Of a stretch of DNA of 64,000 nucleotides, positions 56,253 to 64,000 are shown piece after piece; position 1 is the stretch's first letter; every line of letters starts with the position of its first letter. The notes under the pieces were generated by a model, which was not told the DNA's origin, did not search any database, and was given only the letters and a program-made list of their open reading frames with translations. Made by a program: the position numbers and the translations under genes. The stretch comes from Histomonas meleagridis 2922-C6/04-290x. Lineage: Eukaryota; Protista; Parabasalia. The stretch covers positions 434,001 through 498,000 of the forward strand of contig JAANOX010000034.1 in NCBI GenBank assembly GCA_020184695.1, in the 5' to 3' direction.

Positions 56253-57212
56253 ATGCTGTTGAAGAAAAAAATGGAAGAAGACGACCCAACCAAAAAGACA
56301 TATGTAGATACAACTGATTACCATCAACAAAAAATTTGTTACACGGGGATATACAAAAAAACCCTTCCAACATCCGACTCTGTTGTTGTGTCAGCTTTCT
56401 ATCGAGGAACTTATGTTGCAATCAAATTTTTCAAAAACGATACAGAACACATATCATATTACCAAAACGAGCTGAATGTTCTTCATTGGTTTAGTGATTA
56501 TCAATATGTTATTGATTGTATTGATACAATCATATCCACTGATAATGAATACATAGGTATCGTAACAGACCAACAAGAGGAAAATCTTTACCAATGCTTT
56601 AAAAGGGATCCTTTTGATGAAAAAAAAGCATGTCAAATAATGTATCAAGTTTTAGTTGTTCTTAATCATATGCACAGCTCAAATTTTGTCCACTGCAATC
56701 TCAATTATGAGAACATTCTTCTATCATTTTCAAACAATTTACCAATAATTCATCTAACCGGTTTTGCATTTAGTAAAGAAATCCGAGAAAGATTGCCATA
56801 TTCCTGCAAAGAAGGGTCACACATGTTTTTAGCACCTGAAGTTATCAAAAATAGCCAATATTCTTTTTCAGCCGATATATGGTCTGCTGGAATAATTCTC
56901 TTTTATTGTTTAACAGGGCAAATACCATTTAACAGAAATGATGATATTGTTATTACCCTCCAAATATCGAATGGAATTATCATAAATACGATAAAGAATG
57001 CGAAAATATCTCCAGAAGCAAAAGATCTTCTTCTAAGAATGACATGCCTTAACCCTGAAATGCGGATAACAGCTTCTGAAGCACTTGAACATAAATGGTT
57101 CAAAGACAATCTTATTATTGAGTACGAAATATTTATTAAAGAAAAAGTAAGTAACAAATATAGTTTCATTGATAATGATCAGTATGATGATCAGAATGGG
57201 CCTACTGAGTGA
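56253..57212 (+). CDS. CAMK-like pseudokinase, paralog 1
   Basis: VAIK, APE, DIWSAG and R.TASEAL.H.W are retained. The catalytic loop reads HCNLNYEN (no Asp) and DFG reads GFA. Confidence 0.85.
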   Translation: MLLKKKMEEDDPTKKTYVDTTDYHQQKICYTGIYKKTLPTSDSVVVSAFYRGTYVAIKFFKNDTEHISYYQNELNVLHWFSDYQYVIDCIDTIISTDNEYIGIVTDQQEENLYQCFKRDPFDEKKACQIMYQVLVVLNHMHSSNFVHCNLNYENILLSFSNNLPIIHLTGFAFSKEIRERLPYSCKEGSHMFLAPEVIKNSQYSFSADIWSAGIILFYCLTGQIPFNRNDDIVITLQISNGIIINTIKNAKISPEAKDLLLRMTCLNPEMRITASEALEHKWFKDNLIIEYEIFIKEKVSNKYSFIDNDQYDDQNGPTE

Positions 57213-57393
57213 TGTTCATTTGTTGCAATATCTATGAAAAGATATAAAAAAACGTTAATAATTAAACGGTCGCAGAGTTATGTTTTGAAGTAAAAAATTT
57301 ATATAAGTATTGCCCGAAATTTTTATTTCTTTTTTTACTCATTATAATGTCTTGCTAAAAACTTTTTAAAATTAACAAAGTTAATTTTTTCTT

Positions 57394-59242
57394 TCATTTT
57401 TGTGTAAGAAGTAATTTAGCAATTTCTGTTTTACCATTTTCAGATGCAATCATAAGTGCTGTATTAAATAAATCTAATGATTTCCAAATGTTGTTTTTAA
57501 GTTTTCTTTTATTAAAATAAATATCATATCAAATAAATAAATATTTTTAATATTAATATCAATTCCTTTATGTTCAAGAAGTAATTTAACAATTTCTATG
57601 TGACCTTTTTCAGACGCCCACATAAGCGCTGTGTTAAATCATTTAAATAATTTCCAAATATTATTTCGAAATTAGAAATTATTAAAATAAATATTATATA
57701 AAACAATTAAATACCTTTAATATTAATATCAATTGCTTCATGTTCAAGAAGCAACTTAACAATTTCTATATTGCCTTTAGAACAAGCCCACATAAGTGCT
57801 GTATGAAATATTTTCATTAATTTCCATATATTATGTTGAAAATATAAATTATTAAAACAAATATTATATAAAACAATTAAATACCTTTAACGTTAACATC
57901 AATTCCTTTTTGTGCAAGAAATAGTTTAACTATTTCTATATTATTATTTATCACTGCAATCCAAAAGGCTGTGTTAAATAAATTGAATATTTTCCAAATA
58001 TTATTTTGAAATATAAAATCATTAATAACAATATTAAACAAAACAAATAAATATTTTTGATGTTAATATCAATTCCTTTATGTTCAAGAAGTAATTTAAT
58101 GATCTCTATATAATGTCTATAAGATGCAAATATAAGTGCTGTACTAAATATTTTTAATAATTTCCAAAAATTATTTTAAAATATTAAATCATAAAAACAA
58201 ATATTATAAAAAATTATTAAATATCTTGAGCATTAACATCAATTCCTTTATGTTCAAGAAGTAATCTAACGATTTCAATATAACCTTTATCAGATGCCCA
58301 CATAAGTGCTGTGCTAAATGTTTTAAATAATTATTAAATATTATTTTGTTATACCAAATTATTTAAAACAATATCAAATTAAACATATGAATATTTTTAA
58401 TGTTAACATTAATTCTGTCTTTTTCAAGAAGTAATTTAACGATGTTTATATTACCTTTAGAACATGCCCACATAAGTGTCGTCCAAAATAATTTGAATAA
58501 TTTCCAAATATTATTTTGAAATATCAAAATACCAAATCAAAAATGAAATAAAAAAAATAAATACCTTTTACATTAATATCAATTCCTTTGTGTTCAAGAA
58601 GTAATTTTACTATTTCTATATAACAATTTGAAGATGCTAACATAAGTGCTGTATCAAATATTTTAAATAATTTCCAAATATTATTTTGAAATATCAAATT
58701 ATTTAAATAAATATTAAATAAAACAATTAAATATTTTTAGCATTAATATCAATTCCTTCTTGTTCAAGAAGTATTTTAACTATTTCTGTATGACCATATG
58801 AAGATGCCCACATAAGTGTCGTCCAAAATAATTTGAATAATTTCCAAATATTATTTTGAAATATCAAAATACCAAATCAAAAATGAAATAAAAAAAATAA
58901 ATACCTTTTACATTAATATCAATTCCTTTGTGTTCAAGAAGTAATTTTACTATTTCTATATAACAATTTGAAGATGCTTCCATAAGTGCTGTCCAAAATA
59001 ATTTAAATAATTTCCAAATATTATTTTGAAATAAAAAATTATTAAAATAAATATAATATAAAACAAATAAATATTTTTAGCATTAATATCAATTCCTTCT
59101 TGTTCAAGAAGTATTTTAACTATTTCTGTATTACCATTTTGAGATGCCAACGTAAGTGCTGTACAAAATAATTTGAATAATTTCCAAATATTATTTTGAA
59201 ATATCAAATTATTAAAATAAATTATAATTAAAACAAATAAAT
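57394..59242 (-). repeat. Spacer-interrupted ankyrin array D (11 cassettes, exact 170-nt period)
   Basis: Thr codons at 59162, 58992, 58822, 58652, 58482, 58312, 58142, 57972, 57802, 57632 and 57462. All 11 spacers are 80 nt and all 10 internal cassettes are 90 nt and stop-free. The terminal repeat TALMIASENGKTEIAKLLLTQK ends at TGA 57396-57394. Confidence 0.95.
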
Positions 59243-60310
59243 ATCTTTTGTATTAATATCAATTCTTCCTTGTTCAATCAGAATATTAAACAATTTAATA
59301 TTCATCAATTCATTAAACAAAAACAAATTTTTAAGTTTCTCAGAAGAAAGTGCAATACCATTTATTTTATTTTCAAGAAGATATTTAAGGTATTCATTTT
59401 TGTGGAATTTTACTGCTGTTTCAAAAGCATTTTCAAATGTTGAATGGTTTTGTTCACATAAATGAATAATTTCAAGATTTCCCCCTACTACTGCATACTT
59501 ACCTGTGTTTTCGACATTGGCGCCATTCATAAGCAAGAATTTAAAACATTTAACAGATCCAAAAAATGCTGCGTAATCAATTAATTTAACATTATCATCA
59601 TTTATAGGTGAGCATCTTTCATAATATGATGAGAAAATTCTTTGATTAAAATCAAAATTTGTTTGTGATGATATTTCTAGAAGTTTTTCTATTTCATCTT
59701 TTCGAATTATTTTCGCAATTTCATTCGGATTATGTCCTTCTTCAATCAATTTTTTATGAAGTTCCCAATCATTTTTTGAAAGTTCTTCATAACTTTTTGA
59801 TATTAAAGCTTTGTATACTGGAAAATCATACAATTTTGAAATACGATGTGCAAAAAATAAAAATTTATCAAGGTTTGATTTAGTTTGATTCTTATCAAAA
59901 TCTATTGAAATCATATTCATTTGGATCATCATTTCGATAAGAAAATATGATTCATGAGAATTTAAGGAAAGAAGAAATCTTGTAAATTCATTAAGCAGTC
60001 CATTACAGTTTGGGTTTATTTCTTTTTCTTTAATTTCAACTTCATTTATAAATCTCAAATAAATATTACAATCTTTCATTTGCGAAACAAATGCTGAATA
60101 AATAAATCTACACATAAAATAATAAGGAAAAGTTGGGAAATAATTACAAGCTAAATCCATTGTTTTTACAACAGAACTATTGATATTATCTTCGTTTAAT
60201 TTAAAAATGATACTTTCAAGTAATTCTAGTATAAAACTACATTTGATTGAGGGGCTACTGTCTGAAGGATTTGGTTGAGAGGATTGTGCATCGCTAAAAT
60301 TGTTTCCCAT
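59228..60310 (-). CDS. DUF3447-type ankyrin-repeat protein, N-terminal ORF of gene D
   Basis: DUF3447 motifs (LIDYAAFFGSVKCFKFLLMNG, YAVVGGNLEIIHLCEQ). Ends ...GRIDINTKD-IYLF*, stopping inside the first spacer. Confidence 0.9.
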   Translation of the reverse strand: MGNNFSDAQSSQPNPSDSSPSIKCSFILELLESIIFKLNEDNINSSVVKTMDLACNYFPTFPYYFMCRFIYSAFVSQMKDCNIYLRFINEVEIKEKEINPNCNGLLNEFTRFLLSLNSHESYFLIEMMIQMNMISIDFDKNQTKSNLDKFLFFAHRISKLYDFPVYKALISKSYEELSKNDWELHKKLIEEGHNPNEIAKIIRKDEIEKLLEISSQTNFDFNQRIFSSYYERCSPINDDNVKLIDYAAFFGSVKCFKFLLMNGANVENTGKYAVVGGNLEIIHLCEQNHSTFENAFETAVKFHKNEYLKYLLENKINGIALSSEKLKNLFLFNELMNIKLFNILIEQGRIDINTKDIYLF

Positions 60311-60372
60311 TTGTCAAAATGCAAACAACAATTTCAGAAAAAACAAAAAAGTGACAATTGTCGTAAATTCCT

Positions 60373-60500
60373 TGGAGAAATAACAACGATTGGAAATTAT
60401 GCATTTAGACAGTGCCCTTCATTCATAAATATTGAAATTCCATTTTTTATTGCTTTAATTCCAAATTATGCATTTTCTTATTGTTCTTCAATAAATTGCA
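60373..60500 (+). pseudogene. BspA-like LRR remnant
   Basis: GEITTIGNYAFRQCPSFINIEIP...IPNYAFSYCSSI with no intact gene context. Confidence 0.6.
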
Positions 60501-60775
60501 TGAACGATCGATCGTTGGACATTCATTTTTCAAATAATATTTTTCAATGGTACGATAATGAATTGTGGGAAACGAAAAAGTGGTTTTTGTTTGTTTCTTG
60601 GATTTTGCATCATGTTTTGTGCTTAAGATCACGTCCTTTCTGTTTTTTTTAATACAGCGCCTTAATAACACAAATAATGTATATATATATCAAAATTTGT
60701 GTTTTGATTTTTTTAACCGTGAAAGTGGTCTGTCGACATTGAAATTTATTTTTGAATTAATAACCGTATTGAAGA

Positions 60776-61720
60776 ATGCAGCAGGACATTATCGACATTA
60801 TCACAAAAGAATATGTAAATAGCAAAATGGTAACACAAGTCATTGTTTTCAAAAAGGCCTTCTTAAGCTTTTCACGAGATAATTATGCTACTGTTTTTGA
60901 AGCTTCTCCAGATTATGCCATAAAAATTTTTAAAAAATCTGATAACCTCCTACCTTTCTTTCAAAATGAATTATACGCTCTTAGCAAATTCAAAACATGC
61001 AAATATGTCGTTAATTTGATTGATTCAATCAAATCCACTGACGGTGAATATTTAGGTATTGTTACTGACCTAAAACATGAGGACCTTTTTTCCTGCGTTA
61101 GAGAGAATCAGTATTTTGATGAAAAAAAAGCTTGCCAAATAATGCATCAAATTTTAAGTGCCCTCAATTACATACACAATTTAAACTTTGTCCACCGTAA
61201 TATTAACCATGGAAATGTTCTAATTTCAAATGCTGCAACTAATCCATTAATTCATCTAACAGGGTTTGCTTTCAGTACCGAAATAAATCCTCAAAGGCCT
61301 TACTGTTTCGGTCAGCTTGGCACATGTGAATTTTGGGCTCCTGAAATTATTCGAAATGAATATTATTCTTATTCGGTCGATATTTGGGCTGCGGGAATAA
61401 TTTTCTTTTATTGCTTAACTGGACGACTACCATTCAATGCAACAAATCTAAATGAAATGTTCGCACAAATTTTGACATTAAATATCGAAAAAGTTATTAA
61501 CGATGTAAACATATCCGATGATGCAAAGGACCTCATGATACAAATGCTGAACCTTGACTACCACAACCGGATAACAGCTAGCGAAGCACTGCAGCACAAA
61601 TGGTTTAGAAATAGCTTTAATGAAACAGAGTTTTATGTGAAAGAAAAAATGATCTCAAATTACCAATTTTTTAATAATAATCAATTCGATGATAAAAATC
61701 CCGAAACTTTTGGTTCGTGA
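60776..61720 (+). CDS. CAMK-like pseudokinase, paralog 2
   Basis: Clear paralog of 56253-57212 (YAIKIFK..D....FQNEL, FDEKKACQIM.Q.L, IHLTGFAFS). The catalytic loop reads HRNINHGN. Confidence 0.85.
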   Translation: MQQDIIDIITKEYVNSKMVTQVIVFKKAFLSFSRDNYATVFEASPDYAIKIFKKSDNLLPFFQNELYALSKFKTCKYVVNLIDSIKSTDGEYLGIVTDLKHEDLFSCVRENQYFDEKKACQIMHQILSALNYIHNLNFVHRNINHGNVLISNAATNPLIHLTGFAFSTEINPQRPYCFGQLGTCEFWAPEIIRNEYYSYSVDIWAAGIIFFYCLTGRLPFNATNLNEMFAQILTLNIEKVINDVNISDDAKDLMIQMLNLDYHNRITASEALQHKWFRNSFNETEFYVKEKMISNYQFFNNNQFDDKNPETFGS

Positions 61721-61903
61721 TTTCTGATATTAATAAATTTAGCTCCTTTTTCGATATATAGTTTTTGGTTTGAAATTTTTTGATTTTATTTCCTCTTTGA
61801 TATTTTGATCGAATCGAAGTATGCTTACAGCCAATTTTTGCATTTCTTTTGATCGGCTTGACTCCCATATTTCATGTGACATTTCATTAAGAGAGGCCTA
61901 AAA

Positions 61904-62230
61904 ATGAAAAGCAAAGAAGAGGATACAGAAGAGTTAAATAAATGGCAAAACGAGGTCTACAAAACACTAGAATCAGCAAAGGAGATTGATAATCTAAGGC
62001 AGATGATTAGGAAAGCAATTACAGAATCAAATTGGAGGGATGAAGTAAAAAAACTTAGTAATAAAGAAATGGAACAAGGAAACATCGAAGATATGACACC
62101 AGAAGGAATTACAGATGCAATTATTGAAGATGCTATGAATGCGATTCCAAAAAATTTGCAAGCAACAATTGAAAAACAAATTCGAGATTTTCTAACAAAG
62201 ATGAAAGTCCCGGCACCGCAACAAAAATAG
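61904..62230 (+). CDS. ENY2: Transcription and mRNA export factor ENY2/Sus1
   Basis: E...LRQMIRKAITESNWRDEVKK........GNIEDMT.E.I...I...A...IP..L...I..QIRDFL pattern. Confidence 0.8.
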   Translation: MKSKEEDTEELNKWQNEVYKTLESAKEIDNLRQMIRKAITESNWRDEVKKLSNKEMEQGNIEDMTPEGITDAIIEDAMNAIPKNLQATIEKQIRDFLTKMKVPAPQQK

Positions 62231-62378
62231 TTGGTGTTCATTTGTTTTTAAAACAAATATTAATTAATTTCCTATTTTTCTACACAATATTTTCATCAAA
62301 TTATCAGATAACCAAAAGCTTATAAAAACAAACATTTATTAGAAAGTTATTATGAGTTTTTAATAATAATCATTTAAT

Positions 62379-62747
62379 TTATTTATAACTTTTTTCGTTT
62401 GGAATTGTTAAAAGGCTTCCTTCGCATGGAGAAAAATCATAGTAAAAAACAGTTTGGTTTAGATTTGACAGCTTTGTAGATATTTCAGTTATAGGTTTAA
62501 AATCAGTTTCTGATTCTTTTGTGAAAATTTGAACTTTATCTGGATCAACAGAACCTCCATGATGTTTAGATATTGCATACATCAAATCATAAATTGTCGA
62601 TGTATTAATATCAAGAAATTCTTTAAATTCCATAAACTCACAATCACGCAATTTCATTGTAAATTCTACAAGTTTTATATCACCTTTAAGAATATTTGGA
62701 ATGTTTGATGTTATGCTTTTCCTTGGTGTTTGAGGGCTTGAGCTCAT
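62379..62747 (-). CDS. Small hypothetical protein (possible ubiquitin-like fold)
   Basis: 122-aa ATG ORF; the fold guess rests only on the pattern TIYDLMYAI...VQIF...FYYDF. Confidence 0.55.
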   Translation of the reverse strand: MSSSPQTPRKSITSNIPNILKGDIKLVEFTMKLRDCEFMEFKEFLDINTSTIYDLMYAISKHHGGSVDPDKVQIFTKESETDFKPITEISTKLSNLNQTVFYYDFSPCEGSLLTIPNEKSYK

Positions 62748-62913
62748 TAGTGAAAAAATTCACAGTGCATGTTAAAATCAATAGTCAAATTGATCAGTTA
62801 AATCCATCCTAACATTAAGTACGATTTACATGGGCAAACATTAAAATATTTTTAAAGTAGGATCTGCCTATAAACAAAATAAGATTATGATCAATATTCA
62901 ATCAATCTATTTA

Positions 62914-63978
62914 TCAATTAGAATCTTTTAAAGCAAGTTCTAACTTACCCAAAATTTCATTTATCTGCTCGCTCTTTTTGATGTAGGCATCTAAAGAATA
63001 TTTTGCTTCATCCACAATAATTCCATCTGTCATATTCTGTGAAATAGGTGGCAAAAACATCATCATATCTTTTGACATAGCTGGTCGTTCTTTAAACGCT
63101 TCCAGGATTCGAACAATTCGACCAGTCCCTTGGAGATCTATTGGCGGTTCTAACTGTGAGAGCATAACTGTCCTTAAATCATATAATTGGTCATTGTACG
63201 ACATAACAACTCCATGCCAAACACCTTCGAGTGACCGTGCCCAAAGAACTCCCATTTCCCAACATATTCCAGATACATCCGATTCTTGAAAAATAAAATC
63301 AGAACTGTCATCTCCAACGCGCATGATTCCGTCACTGTCCAGGTGAGCAAAGAAATGGCGAGAACATGGACACTGAATAAGACATTTTGTTTTTGATGCC
63401 CAATTCCTGAAAATTCGTTGAGATGACTTATAATATATACGTGTGTAGCGAGATGTGATTAAGCCAAACTCTATTTGACGATTTACATTGATGAGATTTT
63501 TGATGAAGAAATCTCTGTATTTAGACCGTTTCCATTCAGAATGTCCAGCCTTTAATATCATAAGGTCAGTAGAATCAGCAAGAACTTTTAGTTGACTTGT
63601 ATATAAGCAAAATCTAAATTGTGGTTCGAAATTTGAATAATCTTCAAGGACTTCTCCTTTTGAATCATAAAGCTTTGCATGATAATCTTTATCTATTGCA
63701 ATAGTTTTTTTCTGATAAATTGAAGCTGCAATAAAAGTTTGTTCAATTGTATGCATATCTACTGTTTTAAAAGTTTCTAAATCGATCAAGGCACAGATGC
63801 CATCAGTAGTGAACAATCTTAATGTTCTTTGACTTTGATCAAACCAAAAATCGAGAATTTTGTCATTTGCTTCAAAATCAAAAGGAAATGGTCCTGTTCC
63901 ATTTGGCGTATCAAGCGAAAGATTTCTTGTATCGAGATGTATGAAAGTTGATTTTCCTATGCTGCAGCTTTTTCTCAT
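62914..63978 (-). CDS. Hypothetical protein (beta-propeller-like N-terminus, coiled-coil end)
   Basis: 354-aa ATG ORF with short beta-strand periodicity. Confidence 0.6.
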   Translation of the reverse strand: MRKSCSIGKSTFIHLDTRNLSLDTPNGTGPFPFDFEANDKILDFWFDQSQRTLRLFTTDGICALIDLETFKTVDMHTIEQTFIAASIYQKKTIAIDKDYHAKLYDSKGEVLEDYSNFEPQFRFCLYTSQLKVLADSTDLMILKAGHSEWKRSKYRDFFIKNLINVNRQIEFGLITSRYTRIYYKSSQRIFRNWASKTKCLIQCPCSRHFFAHLDSDGIMRVGDDSSDFIFQESDVSGICWEMGVLWARSLEGVWHGVVMSYNDQLYDLRTVMLSQLEPPIDLQGTGRIVRILEAFKERPAMSKDMMMFLPPISQNMTDGIIVDEAKYSLDAYIKKSEQINEILGKLELALKDSN

Positions 63979-64000
63979 TAAATTCGAACTTTGGTTCTAT

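Noticed and set aside
57463-59242. CRISPR-like repeat/spacer interpretation of the 170-nt arrays
   Set aside because: The units are coding ankyrin cassettes plus mutually homologous spacers, not identical repeats with unique spacers. No cas genes are present and the context is eukaryotic.
57463-59242. Universal -1 ribosomal frameshift at T-TTT-TTG in each spacer
   Set aside because: The slippery heptamer is present in only some spacers, and several spacers have stops in both relevant frames (58143-58222, 58313-58392).
1-64000. tRNA, rRNA, snRNA genes and canonical trichomonad introns
   Set aside because: No T-loop/cloverleaf pattern, rRNA-like conserved blocks or ACTAACACACAG-type intron ends were seen by eye; a tRNAscan or Infernal run would be needed to exclude them.

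Overview
AT-rich eukaryotic DNA with intronless, densely packed genes. The gene families (BspA/TpLRR surface proteins, DUF3447-type ankyrin proteins, R2R3-Myb, RSPH9, RapGAP) point to a parabasalid protist, Tritrichomonas/Trichomonas-like; this is an inference. Housekeeping genes include PRMT1-like, farnesyltransferase beta, RSPH9, riboflavin kinase, ENY2/Sus1, a Vps15-like protein, a bromodomain-ET protein, an LPCAT-like acyltransferase and an H1-like protein. The main unexplained structure is a family of DUF3447-ankyrin genes (minus strand at 9322-11685, 15318-18082 and 57394-60310, plus decaying copies at 1-360, 6520-7410 and about 25550-25910). In these genes every ankyrin repeat is a stop-free ~90-nt cassette (30 aa, TAL...DINAKD), separated from the next by a non-coding AT-rich spacer inserted at the same position. 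In the three intact genes the 27 spacers are exactly 80 nt (24 cases) or 63 nt (3 cases). They frequently contain stop codons and lack GT-AG and the trichomonad branch-point/3' splice motif. This suggests an undescribed way of removing or skipping the spacers (non-canonical intron, ribosomal bypass or DNA-level cassette assembly). All coordinates, lengths and translations were counted by hand.
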